Positions 1 to 12,300 of a DNA stretch of 64,000 nucleotides are shown here, one piece after another (positions within the stretch are counted from its first letter, which is position 1; each line of letters starts with the position of its first letter). The position numbers and the translations under genes are program-made. Origin of the DNA: Vitrella brassicaformis CCMP3155 (lineage: Eukaryota > Protista > Chromerida); the NCBI GenBank assembly GCA_001179505.1, contig CDMY01000273.1, positions 1 to 64,000 on the forward strand. Reading direction: 5' to 3'. The notes below the pieces were generated by a model. It worked only from the letters and a program-made list of their open reading frames with translations, was not told where the DNA came from and did no database searches.

Positions 1-1683
1 GTCGGCCCCCGCCCGCAGCAGGGAATGGATGATCAGCTTGTACTTGTCACTCTCGGCTCGACACCGCTCCTTGATGTGCTCGGGTGTGTTGGGGTCCTGC
101 AGCCCTTGGGTGCAGCAATCGAGCTGTCTGGCAGCGATGGCAAGGGGCGTGTCGTTTGTGTAGCGCGTCCGTCTGTTGATCTCGGCAGCAGGCAGCTTGC
201 GGCAGAGGTAGCCGGCCACATAGACTGAGCCATAACTTGTGGCTTCGTGCAGTGGCGTCCATCCAGTGCGGTCGTCTGCCGTCATGTCGGCCCCGTTCGC
301 TGTAATGAGGTCCAGGTAGGCGTTGATGAAGGACTGGGGATAGTGCGCATTTGAGTGGATGGCTGCCTTGTGCACCAGGTTTTCGCCATTGTCGAATCGT
401 TGGGTTGCGAGTGTGGGGTCTCGTTCGATGAGTTGCCGATACATCGACAGCAGCTGCTGCAGATACTCGGGGGGAGGCTGACGATGCAGACGGGGCAGCT
501 TCCACAAGTACAGGTCGATGTGACGCACCATGAGGGTGTCGAAGGCCGTCTGGTTGCCGGATGCGATCGCCAAGCAAATGGGCAGCTCGAGGTCGCCTTG
601 GTCATTGGCTAGGTGGTTGGGGTCGACGCCTCCGTCGATGAGTGCGGTCAGGATGGCCGCCTGCAGCTCGTCAGACGACCACTGGGGCAGGGCCACGGGA
701 CGGGGGTCATAACCACCATCATCTACTTGGATGGTCGGGACGGCATGATCCGACTTGTTGTCAATGGCGAGAAGGACCAGCGACTATTGAATGCCAGCAC
801 ACCCGCTGCCCTTCTGCCGCAGCCGAGGCTCGACATTCGAGTTGGCGCCCTTCTTGATGAGGTCGGTCACCTGCTGCGGGGCCTAGATGGTGCGGCCGAT
901 GATGCCCAGTGTCAGCTCCTTGGTGAGGTCGTCGGTGTTGTGGAGGAATAGAGCCTCGGTGTTATGGGGTCCCAAACAGCCGTCAGGCACCTCGACCGTG
1001 GTGGCCACCACTATTGGATGGCCTGCAACACACACACAGCCACCACACGACACACACAGTGAAGGAATGTGTGTGCGGATCACATTCTTTCGCGTCTGTC
1101 TGTCTGTCTGTCTGGCGTACCGTCCTCCTCATAGCCGTCGTCTTCATCGCTCTCGTCGTCATCGAAGCCGTCGCCCAGCGGCCCTCCGTCGTCATCACTG
1201 TCGTCCTGCACACCATCCTGACACAACAAAGAGGAACAGGGAGGAAAACTGCTGACGCTCGTCGCATGGGGCGGTTGGTGCTGTCAATGAGCGACTCACC
1301 GATTCGGATTCGTTCTCAGCTGCCGCCTGTGGACCTTCCTCCTCCTCGGCCATCTCGCCGTCCTCCTCCTCACGCAACAAATCTGAAACGAAGACACACC
1401 AACACATTCGTCAGCATGACTGAACACAGACACACTGCTCGTGTGATGGTCGGTCTGTGTGGCGTGCTGTTGACTCACCACTGTCAGCGTCATTGTCTTC
1501 TTGCCCGTCTGGCTGCCCGCCGCCATTGTTATCCTCCTCAGCTACATCGTCTGCACACACCATCGAAGACCACACACACACAGACGTGTGGCGCTGATGC
1601 TGTGTGTTTGATGTGTCACATTCATCTGTGTGTGGCGTACCTGCGTCGCCATCGCCACCGTCCGCCATGGCAGCCGAGGCCAT
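1..1683 (-). pseudogene. Ankyrin-repeat protein of a lineage-expanded family; acidic N-terminus over 4 small exons; two in-frame TAG stops in the main exon; runs off the left edge
   Basis: Manual minus-strand translation: MASAAMADGGDGDA|DDVAEEDNN..|DLLREEEDGE..|DGVQDDSDDD..|GHPIVV..GIIGRTI*APQQVTDLIKKGA..GIQ*SLVLLAID..GENLVHKAA..NGADMTADDRTGWTPLHEATSYGSVYVAGYL..NDTPLAIAA. The ankyrin consensus (GxTPLHxA, TPLAIAA) is clear. TAG codons at 883-885 and 784-786 are in the same frame. GT-AG junctions are intact. Confidence 0.8.
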
Positions 1684-2940
1684 GTGGCTGTCGTGACCTC
1701 CAGACATCTCACTCAAACAGACACCAACAGCTGCACCGACCACACACAGAGAGGCGACAAGAGATGGGCAGTCAGTGAGTCCTTCCCTTCGTCATCTTCC
1801 CCTCCTCCTCTCCCTTCTTGAGTTGCTGTGTGCCGAACACGCACCGTGGTCAGAAGGATCAATCTCTGCCGTACAAGCCTTCACGGGTCCATCATGGGCA
1901 TGGCCGGCCCCAAGCAACACACGCACGAGAGCTGCCAACGCAATAGAGAGACGGGTCTTCAATCCAAGCGAGGACAAACCTTGCTGTCAGAACCCTACGC
2001 CCCGTCTGCGAGCTTTTCGAGGAGAAAAGAAGTCGATAAAGGACCCCGTTTGAAGAGATCTGAGACAGGCAACACACGAGCAGGCAATCCGGACCGACAA
2101 AAGCTGAAAGTGACGGCGAAAAACCGACACGACCGACCCTGGCCGCCAAACAACCCAGCCGTCTTGTTCGGTCGTTGGTTCCCGCGATGGCACAGCCTTA
2201 GCCCGAAGGTATCAATGCGCAGATGGCTCGACAACTACCATGGAAAAGCGAATGTTGTATGTCTTGCAGCCACGGCATCTGTGGCCACTGGCGAGTCCGC
2301 CACGACCTCTCAGCAGCAGCAGCAGCCGTCGGGTGCCCTCGCCATGGCAACAGCTGCTGCCGTCGGCGCCACGGGCAATGGCAATGCCAGCGGCGGATAC
2401 GGTAAGCCTGACATCAGCTGCCGGACAGATGGATGGATGGATGAATGTCCTCTCTTCCGCGTGTTGTCGCTGCGTGTCTGTTGGTATGGTGACCCATGCA
2501 GAGCAGCTGACGCATGCAGAGCGACGCTGCCTGCCTGCCTGCCCGACTGCCTTCTTTCTCTGGCTGGCTACGTCGTTCGTGTGTGTGGTTTGGGGTGTAG
2601 GTGTGGGTTTGTGCATGTGTGTGTGTGTGTGGACCGTTTCTCGACACTTTGGCATGGAGCGACTGGATGGATGAAATGCGAATTGATTGATGCGCAGCAA
2701 GTCACACGAGCGAACAGATACCACAACAGACAGACAGACATACATACACCCACCCTCCCTGTCTACCCAGTGCCACCACCCGCTGCCCCGCCTGTTTGAA
2801 CAAAGGCACCCAGGAACACGCAATAACTGCGTGCCTACAAATAGAGACTTAAACCAGCACCCCCTTGTCGCACCACATGTTCCCTCCCACCTGAAGCCAG
2901 CCCTCCTCCCTCCCTCTCTCTGTGGCCGACCAGCCGACCC

Positions 2941-4740
2941 CTATGCCGCCACCTTCTGGCGAACAAGCGCAGCTGTCTGAGGGTACCGCTCATCTGGGCG
3001 GCGCTTCCAAGCAACGGGGAGCTCCGTGGTGCAGATCCTCAGGCGCGCGTCAACGCGGACCAGGAAATCATCGGCCGCCTTGTCCCCACACAGAATGAAG
3101 ATCGTCCCATGCCACCGCATACTTGCGCCGTCGACCCACCAGTAGACCACTTTGCGGCAGCCCTTCCACTGTCCCCTTGCGTGCCGCATGACGTCTCGGG
3201 TGAGCTGGTACTCGGTGGGCCGTGGAGTGAGGAGTTGGCTTGGGTGCGTGTGGTGGGGGCGCAGCCGAAAGTGGATCCCGTCGGTCAGGTGCTTGTCGGT
3301 CAAGAAGACTATGATATCCGTGAACGAACAGTAAACGTACTTGCCACCTGCAGACAGACAGCAGACATGGAGGATTCACACATTTATCTCTCCGCCATCC
3401 CACGAGGGTTCTGTCGGCTGCTGCGCTCACATTTGGTCGGCGGGTCGGGATCAGTCAAATCGATGGTTACGTAGGTCAGGGGGTGGGTCAGCCATGAGGG
3501 TCCCACATGATCTTGGCCATTGGCGCGGACTAGACCCGCATACGCATCGAAGATACGGTAACTGAACAGCGAGTACTGGCGCACCGCCTCCGGCCGCGTG
3601 TCGAAGACCGCCCGGCTGCCCACCTGCCGCAGATCATCTGGCGTGATGATGATAGGCAGAGAGGGAAGTTCGCGGCAGTTCTTGAGGCAGTGGATGAGCG
3701 ACACACATCGGTCCCAGCGGCCGCCCTCCTCGATGACGTACAACACCCTCAACAGATAACTCACCCTAGTGTCTCGACGGATCAGCAGCAGCACGTCCAT
3801 TAGCCCACTCCAGATTAGAACGCACATTACGAACAACCAAACCGACGATAAGACGCGGAGCAGCCAACCATGATCGCAACGCCAAGCGGCGGGGTCAAAT
3901 CCCGCTCGAGTAGCCTCCCCTTGGCACACTCGAGGAGTATCCACACACCCAGACCGTGACCCAAGTCGTCAAACGCCAAACAGAACTGCCTATACGCTCG
4001 CACGACGAAGGACGCCTCCCCAAGCCATCGGATGGCCGCTTCAATCACAAAAAAGGGGACCGCCCAGGCAAGAAGGGAGAGAAGCCCCTGGATGGGCCAC
4101 TGAATCCACGGGAACACGGCCAGCGGCTGCAGCAGAAAGGATGCCGGGGGCCCTATCAGGTTGGCGGTATAGTAGAGGAGGAGCCCATAAACGAAGAAGT
4201 AAACGTTTGAGCCCACGACAACTTGAGCGATAGCAGAGACCACACTGAAGATGGCCGCCATCCACTGCAACAGAATAAGCAGGACCGTCTCGCACCGCTT
4301 CTGGTAGGTGAGCACTCCATCAAGGCCCTTCTCGCGAAGGGCCGCGTCGAGGCGGTGCGTCACATAGCCCTCACTGATGAGCTGGCAGCCGACACTCTTG
4401 GATGAGGCTCGAAGGGCGACGCAGTCGTGAGCTCTGAGGCAAGCCAAAGTTTGCCTCTCGACATCCTCAGGCAAGCCGACCAGATGACACGCACTAGTGC
4501 CCGACTGACGTACACACACCCACGCAGACCGACAGACGCGCACAAGGCAGACATTGAATGGCCGCCTCCGCTCATTATGTGTTGTTCCTCACTCACCGGC
4601 GGCGCCCCTTCTCGGCTCTTGTACGTCTCGCTGTCCACCGGTAAGTTCAGATCCTGCATAAACCACAGACCATTAACACGGACAGCGGTGTTCGTGTTGG
4701 TGTTCGTCGTGCTGCCGGGCACTGTGCTGCGCACCGGCAT
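2941..4740 (-). pseudogene. Copy A of a lineage-specific protein with an F-box-like N-terminal motif and a hydrophobic multi-TM insert; apparent 1-nt frameshift near 3870
   Basis: GLPEDVERQTLACLRAHDCVALRASSK fits the F-box pattern LPxD/E..L..L...D...LR..SK. Introns ~4596-4505 and 3430-3348. The reading frame jumps from ORF 3827-4543 (..LTPPLGVAIMVG) to ORF 3384-3944 (WLLRVLSS..YLLRVLYVIEEGGRWDRCV) where copy B is continuous. The last exon ends RQKVAA-TAG at 2941. The start codon is uncertain. Confidence 0.6.
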
Positions 4741-4857
4741 CTGCCGCGACAAAGGATGGGCCCAGGGATCCGTAGCGCAGGCTATCAATGATTGTCCTCG
4801 GTTAACAAATGACCACACTCGAGGGGGTTGGTTGGTTATTGTGTTTAACGAGGGGGA

Positions 4858-4971
4858 GAGAGCAGATCCGATCAGCCGCATGCAATGCGAAGATCGGAGC
4901 TCGCAGAGCGTTAAAACCGGGCAAAAGGGAGATCTGACGCGCATTGCACGTGGCTGATCGGATCTGCTCTC
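4858..4971. promoter_or_regulatory. 32-bp inverted repeat (2 mismatches) with a 50-bp spacer at the palindrome centre, probably the shared bidirectional promoter
   Basis: 4858-4889 is gagagcagatccgatcagccgcatgcaatgcg. The reverse complement of 4940-4971 is gagagcagatccgatcagccacgtgcaatgcg. It lies between the two divergent putative ATGs (4740 and 5038). Promoter role is inferred. Confidence 0.6.
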
Positions 4972-5037
4972 GAGTGTGGTGATACCTGGGAGAGTGATGA
5001 TGATGCACGCCCTCTGACCCATCCTCTGTCGCGGCAG

Positions 5038-6913
5038 ATGCCGGTGCGCAACACCTTGCCCATGGGGCACGACGAACACCAGCACGAACAGCACGGTGGC
5101 TGTGTGTATGCACGGTCTGCAGCCAGCGGTGGACAGCGAGGCGTACGAGAGCGGAGAAGGGACACCGCCGGTGAGTGAGTGAGCACTCACACATGACCGC
5201 ACACGCATCCATTGCGCACGTGCGCCGGGTCTGTGTGTGTGTTTGTCCACATCAGTCGGACGCCAATGCGTGTTGGTTGGTCGGCTTGCCCGAGGATGTG
5301 GAGAGGCAACTTCTGGCCTCCCTCACGGCGGAGGACTGTGGCCAGTTCCGCGCCTCGTCCGAGGGTGTCGGCTGCCAGCTGGTCAACGAGGCCTACCTGA
5401 CGCACCGCATCGATGCTGCCATTCGCGATAAGGGCCTCACTGGCGTGTTCACGTACCAGAAGCGCTGCTTGACGGTCCTGCTGCTCCTGCGGCAGTGGAT
5501 CACGTCCACTTTCAACGCGGTCTCCCTTCTCGTTCCAATTGCCGTGGGCGGGATCGTTCTCGTCGTCCTTTATACGCCCATCCTCCTCTGTACCCTCGTC
5601 CTGACCCGTGGGCTGGTCGTCGACCTTCTGGCGCCGCTGACTCCATTTCCGTGGATTCACTTGATTCAGTGGCCTATCGTAGTGATATATATGATTCTCT
5701 CCCTTCTCTTCTGGGCGGCCCCGGTTTTTGGGATCCTATTTGCAATTCGATTGCTTGGGGAGGCGTCCTTTGTCGTGCGAGCGTATCGGCAGTTTTGGGG
5801 TGGCGTGGGACGGCGTATGTGACCTTCTGTGGTCCGTCGCTCGCTCTGTCGTGAGTAGGCTGCGTGTGGCGCTGTCAAACGGCAAGCTATTCCTCGGCTC
5901 TGCAGCCACCTTTGGGACCTGGATCGCCTGGCTTCGGTCCCCGAGCGGGAAGAGGTTTCTGCTTCAGCTGGGCGTGATCCCGCCACTCATCATTGTCGCC
6001 ACAAGATGGGTAGTGCCCTGCAACTTATCATCGCTCGTCTGCCTAACCATTGTATGCCATCTGCTCTGGAGTGAGCTGGTGCTGCGGCTGGTCGAAACCA
6101 GGGAGGGCTATCTGTTGCGGCTGCTGTACGTGATTGAGGAGGGCGGCCGCTGGGACCGGTGTGTGTCGCTTATCCACTACATCAGGAACTGCCGCCTCCT
6201 CCCCTCTCTGCCCATGACCATCACGGCACAAGATCTGCAGCGAGCGGGCAGCCGGGCGGTCTTCGACACGCGGCCCCCGGCGGTGCGCCAGTACTCGCTA
6301 TTCAGTCACCGTATCCGCGAAAGGTTTGCGGGTCTGAGCCGTGTCAACGGCCAGGACTATCTGGGCTGCCCAGCATACGGCGATACGCTGTCGTACGTCA
6401 CCATCGATTTGACTGATCCCGACCCGCCGACCGAACGTGAGCAAACCAGCCAAGAGAGATAGCACAGTGTGTGAATCGTCTCATGTCTGCTGTCTGTCTA
6501 CAGGTCGTGCGTACGACTACTCTTCGTTCACAGACTTGATAGTCTTTTTGATCGACGCGCATATGAGGGACGAGTCGAGCACCGGGACTGAGCTTCGTCT
6601 GTGCCCCCACTTTACCCACCCAAGTGACCTCATCATTCCACCTCCCAAGCAGTACCAGCTCACCCGAGGTGTGATGCTGCACACAAGGGGCCAGTGGAGC
6701 GGCTGCCGCAAAGCGGACGAGCGGCTGGTCGACAAACCTATGGCGGCGATCTTGATTCTGTGTGGGGACAAGGCGGCTGATGAGTTCCTTGTCCGCATCA
6801 ACTCGAGCATGGAGATCTGCACCACTGAGCCCCCCGTTGCTTGCAAGCGCCGCCCAGATGAGCGGTACCCTCAGACAGCTGCGCTCATCCGCCAGAAGGT
6901 GGTGGCCGCATAG
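5038..6913 (+). CDS. Copy B of the same F-box-like/multi-TM protein; either a +1 G frameshift at 5797-5800 or a 91-nt intron at 5815-5905
   Basis: Sequence reads GLPEDVERQLLASLTAEDCGQFRASSE..YLLRLLYVIEEGGRWDRCVSLIHY..ILILCGDKAADEFLVRI..RRPDERYPQTAALIRQKVVAA-TAG. Introns end at ~5254 and span 6437-6503. ORFs 5175-5822 and 5728-6462 overlap in different frames. Confidence 0.65.
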
Positions 6914-7917
6914 GGGCATTCTGCCATACAGACACGCACAGAGAGGGAGGGAGGGGGGCTGACTTCAGGTGGGAGGGTACGTATAGTGCCACGAAGGGGT
7001 GCTGGTTTAAGTCTCTATTTGTACGCACCGCACGCAGTGATTGTGTGTTCCGGGGTGCGTTTGTTCAGACAGGCAGGGCAGGGGGTGTATCAGTTATCTG
7101 CATGACGATCTTGATCCATCTGAGTAGACAGGGAGGGGCTGTGTGAACTGTGGTGCCTATGCCTTCGTGTGACTTGCTGCGCATCAATTAATTCGCACTC
7201 CATTCATCCAGTCGGTCCATGCCAAAGTAGCGGCAAACAGTCAGCACACACACGCACACACACACACACCCCCCAAACCACACCACATGAACGACTTAGC
7301 CAGCCAGAAAATGATGGGACAGACGAAAGGCAGGCAGGCAGGAAGAGGCTCTCTGCATATATGGGTCAAGACGCGGAGACGACATACAGAGAAGGCAAAG
7401 TCTGTGTGAGCTTTCTCCCTTGCCGGCGGTGCGTCTGCTGCGTCTGCTGCCCCGTCCCCTCCGTGTGTTGTGTTGGTGGGCGGCAGAGCCTCGCCGGCAG
7501 ACAGAAAGGAGGCCGACACACAGATCCAACACACAGCGGCCGACGGATGGATGGCGCTGCACGTGTGGCGAGTGGGATGGATGGATGGACCAGCAGCAGC
7601 GTTTCACTAGCCTGAGTGTCTGTCTGCCTACGCGAGTGCCTCGACTGTCGTGTGTGCTTGTTGTCTGCATGACTGAGTGGGCGAGTGCCACTGACTCTTG
7701 TTGATAACTCAAATCGCTTCAACACATCAGAAGCAGTCAACACATCAGGCCAACCGTCTCGATTAGCTACCCATTGTGTACACCCACCCACACAAAGACA
7801 CCGCAGCTGCACCGACCACAGCAGCCTCACTGTGGACCTCTCTGACACGCAAACAAGTCAGCCACTGCAAACACCCCCTTCCCCCTCCCTCCCTCCCTCC
7901 GCCCGTCCTACGTTACA

Positions 7918-8238
7918 TTACATTCTGTACATATTTCTGTTGTGCATCTTGAAGATGTTCTTGCGCAGGACGCCGGCGTGGGTGCGGTAGTAGTCCCTCA
8001 CCTGGCTGACCACCTTGGGCGACGCCGAGAAGGCCGTGTAGAAGAACCGCCCGTACCAGTTGAACCCCACACGCGGCTTGTCCACGCGGAAGCACGTCTT
8101 GCGCCAGCCGAGGTCCTTCAGGCGGAACAGCACGCCGTCGTTGGCATGGATGATCTTGGCGAGGTCGCGGAACAAGGCGCGGATCTCCTCGTCGCCCAGC
8201 CGCTTTGATAGCATCAGGTAGCTCTCGTAGAAGACCAT
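7918..8238 (-). CDS. MRPS6: Mitochondrial ribosomal protein S6 (bS6m), intronless, 106 aa
   Basis: MVFYESYLMLSK..DGVLFRLKDLGWRKTCFRVDKPRVG..FSASPKVVSQVRDYYRTHAGVLR matches the bS6 pattern (YE..; DxGxRxLAYxIxK; ..VLR) and resembles apicomplexan mitochondrial S6 as I recall it. High GC3 codon usage. Confidence 0.85.
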   Translation of the reverse strand: MVFYESYLMLSKRLGDEEIRALFRDLAKIIHANDGVLFRLKDLGWRKTCFRVDKPRVGFNWYGRFFYTAFSASPKVVSQVRDYYRTHAGVLRKNIFKMHNRNMYRM

Positions 8239-9333
8239 AACTCAGACGCAATTAAGGGGGAAGCAGAGAAGAGGGAAAGATTGATCAGATCAGCAGCGCG
8301 TGAAGGGTTCAGCCAAGGGTGCTTGATGCCATGATGATCTCCATTGACGATGACCTTGCCAGGAGCCTTGATGATGTCCTGATATGATGCAATGTGTTGC
8401 GGGAAGTGACAGAGGGGCCAGATCTGCATACCCTGCAACCCGAACCCTGTGCACTGCAGTGGGGCTGCATGCGACGTAGATCTGCATTTCAGGAGTCGTT
8501 CATTGTCTGGATGGTCTGTCCATCACTCTCACTCATAAAGCGTCAAAATGGCCTGACTGGGTGATGTGACAAGAAGTGTCGAAAAGGACGGACCATCAAT
8601 CAATCAATGCTATGCCATGATGAGATAATGAAACATAAGACGTGTGGACTCTCGCGCCACTCACTCTCTGCCCACCCAGAGATCCCCCCTCCCTCCCTCC
8701 CCCCCTCCCTCCCCCCTGTAAGAAAACACTCACTGGTACGTGATGTGATGTGATGATTAGTATACACACACGGTAGACGCCGAATAAAAGACAAGCAGCG
8801 ATAGCAGCGGGTGGCTGGGTGGGTGGCTGGCTGGCTGGACCAGGGGGATCGGCTCTCACAAGCCAAGCCCAGAGAAGCATATGCGCCCGACCACCCGCCG
8901 GCTCATGGACAGAAAAAGCACACACACACACACACACGAAGGAAAGAGTGTGCAGAAAACATGGCGTGTCCCTCACTGACTGACTGACAGGGCCCATCGG
9001 GCGCTGCACTGCACAGAACACCGACTCGGCAGGTGTGTGAAAGTCTCTCTTACTGGAAGGGCAGTGGGTGCATCTCTCAGTGAGAGAAAAAATCACGTTT
9101 CATAAACGGTGCGGTTCACGTTTGTATGTATGTACGTATGTATGTATATGTGGACGATAAAAATGATGCCTGCCCCACCGCCCCATCCACACACCACCAC
9201 ACCAACACATACACCGACTGCATCAACTCAACACAACACAAGAACACATGAACCCTCTGCGCTCTCTGCTGCTCTCCCTCCCCCTCTCTCTCTCCCTCTC
9301 GACCAGCCCCTCTCTCTCTCTTTCACTCTTGAT

Positions 9334-12300
9334 TCACCTTCCCAACAGGAGGAAGAAAAACTCTGAGCTCTCCTCGCTCATCGCCCCCGTTGCACGCCCT
9401 GTGTCCTCCCCCTCCTGATGCTGCTGCCGGTTGCCCAGCGACCGCTCCGATGCCGTCTCGCCCTCCTCGGACGGCACCCTCACGCTCCTCTCATCAGGGC
9501 TGGACGCATCATGCACCTTGGGCCGTGACCATGGGATGACGGGCAGCGACCATGAGGCGTCAGATCCCGCGTCGCTCCGCCGCTCGTCGGGAACGTCCAG
9601 TGAGAGCTCCTCTGGCGCGAGGAGCGACTGGTAGTCGGAGCCGACCTCGTCGCTGACATTGCCCTCGGACTCGTCGGCGATGCACTCGTCGAGGTCGAGG
9701 TTGGGCAGCTCGCCGTCATCGCCCTCTTCTCCTTCCTCACCACCGATGAATGGCGACGGGGGGGAGGTGGTGGTGGCCTGCTGCTTGTGGGTCACTGCTG
9801 GTGGCGTGACGGGCAGGGGGATGGGTGACGTCTGTGTCTGTTTGTCGATGCAGAAGACGTCACTCCTGGCCCCGCTGGGGTGTTGGTGGTCGTTTTGGCC
9901 GTTTGACGAGAGGGTGTCCTCCAGCGCCTCCTCGAGGATGTCGGGGAGGGAATGGCACCGCCGACTCGACGACGACCCGCCGCTGCTGCTGCTGCGGCTC
10001 TCGTTGTCGGCATAGTCGTAATCCTGGTACGGCTCCTCACCCTCTTGACCCTCGATGTGGTGGTGCTGCTGCTCGTGTGCATCCGGCGGTGAGCCGGGGG
10101 GCTGTGGCCAGTCCATGTAGACGTGCGATGGGGGAAAGGACGACCGGAATTCGGACTCGTCGCCCCTGCCCCACGGCTCCCCGTATGACGGCTCGCCGCC
10201 CGCAGTAGCAGCAGCAGCAGCAGCCATGTGGTGGTGGGGATGGTAGTGATTAGCCTCCTCCTCGTGGTGAGACTCTTCCTGGTCAGCGCCGTAGTACGTC
10301 ACATCAGCCTCGTGCTGCTCCACCGTCCCCTCGTCGCCGTGCAAATGACCATGGACATCGTCGGCATAGCCGTCTTCCGTCACGGATGGCTCATACTCAT
10401 GGCCGTAACCGTCGTCCACTGACGGCTGGTCGTCGTATGCACCATGGTGGTGGACATGGTCGTGGTGGATGACCTCCAGCTCGACATAGCCGCCGTCTCG
10501 CCTCTCTGATGTCATCGACAGTGTGTCGTCGACGTACCCCATCTCGCCGTCCATGAGCTGCAGTGGATGGGCCCCCGTGAAGACCTCGCGATGAGTCGAT
10601 GGCGGAGGCGGCCTGTAGAACGGAGCTATGGTCGCCGGGTGGGGAATCGGAGGCCTCGCCGGCTCCTGACTCTCGCCCTGCCAACTGTGGCTGTCGCTGG
10701 GCTGCCCGACATCATCACGTGACCGCACATGAGCGTCAAAACCGGCTCCACGATGGCTGCCTGATGAGGGGGCGGCGCTGGCGCACGGGGCCGTGGCTGG
10801 CCTCGGTGTCTCTTGCTGTGGTTGGGGCGGAGGTTGTGAGGGAGCACCGAACCGCTCGTGTGGCTCGGGGATGCCCTGCGCCCTTCTGGCTGCTCGGGCA
10901 GCCCGCAGAGCGGCTGACTCGCGCAGGAAGGCCTTCATGATCTCGCTCTCGCCGGAATCCTCATCCTCCTCTCCCTCTCGCTCGGCTGCCGAGGGTGCTG
11001 GCGGTGCCAGGGGTGGCGGGACAGGCTGCTGGCTGGGCTCCTGGATGGGTGGCTGGTGCCTGACCGACATGACAGTGATGGGGGGAGGGCTCCAGAAGCC
11101 ATACTGGGGCGGGGGCGGGGGGACGGGGCTCTCGACGTCTGCTGGCGCACGATGCTCATCCACCACGGGCATCGTCGGGACCGACGGACGCTCTTGTCTC
11201 GGGGATGGCGCACGATTGGCGACCACATGCTCGTCTGTCAGCGGCTCGACGGCGATGCCAAAGGGAGGCCGTGTGTCGACTCGTCGGCCGCGAGGCATGA
11301 CGTCTCCCGGCGGGGGCGAGGGCGACTCCTCCCCGTCAGCTTGAACCGACGACACAGGGGACTCGCACACCCCCTCCCGCTCCCTGACCAGAAGCGGCGA
11401 CGAGTGGGCGTGCCGCCGCGACCTCAGTGGCAGCCGGAGGGTCTCGCGGGTGGTGCCGGTGGCATACAGGGGCTGGCTGAAGGGGTCGGCGATGCGCACC
11501 TCGAACGAGAGGCCGACCGCGTCTCGGATGAGGTGCCATGACCGGCTGACGGTCATGGAGTCGAAGGGCGGGGGCTGGTCCACGTCTTCATCCTCACCCT
11601 CACCCTCCCTCTCCCTCTCCTCTGGGTCGTCGTCATCAATAATGATGTCGTCTCTGGGGTTCCTGCCGTAGAGCTGGTAGTAGGCGTCGACCCTTGCATG
11701 TATCTCCTTCTCGTGTGAGGGGTGGAAGGTGGTGCAGACGATGCGCAGGTAGTCGAGGGCCTCTTGCAGGTGCTCCGCCACACGCTGCAGGCATGGCGAC
11801 GGGAACTCAACCTGACACGCACACACACACAGGAGACACCATGAATGAGGACAGTGTGAGGCTGTTTCGGTGCTTGGGCGGGGCGTGTGTGTGTGTGTTA
11901 CCTGTGCGTCGACGGCGAGTAGGTTCATGAGGCAGAGGTAGTGTGTGAGCCGGTGGGGGTCGCTGGGCGAGTACTCGGGGAACAGCGCCTTGAGCACCGT
12001 CACGGGATGCGCCCGCTGCTCGTCGCCCAACTTCTCAATCGTCTCACGAAGCCGCTCCATCGCCTACACAACACCACCACACACACACACAGTGGGCCCT
12101 GTGCCATCATGTGATCTGTCGGCCCAAAGCTCACCTCTTCGCCGTCGACGGTGTGGCTGAGCACCCGCAGTGCCAGCCATCGGTAGGTGGCGTCCTGGTC
12201 GTCCTCCATGACCTTCTGCCGCCACTTGCCCTCGGCCACACAGAGGGACGACACACTGCCGCCCCTCCTGTCGCAGTGTGGGGGCGACAGCGATGCCGGC

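Larger units (their letters stand above)
2490..7370. repeat. Large imperfect inverted duplication (two ~2.4 kb arms, centre ~4915) containing a head-to-head gene pair and their 3' flanks
   Basis: Arms align as reverse complements. Example 1: 2836-2875 tacaaatagagacttaaaccagcacccc vs 6997-7024 ggggtgctggtttaagtctctatttgta. Example 2: 2690-2710 tgattgatgcgcagcaagtcacacga vs 7165-7190. Coding exons, intron positions and the centre also match. Outer limits are approximate. Confidence 0.9.

Noticed and set aside
784-885. TAG reassigned to an amino acid (alternative genetic code)
   Set aside because: TAG is the apparent true terminator at homologous positions of both palindrome genes (2941, 6913) and at 60175. 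The ~4500-codon dynein model needed no internal TAG in the exons I checked.
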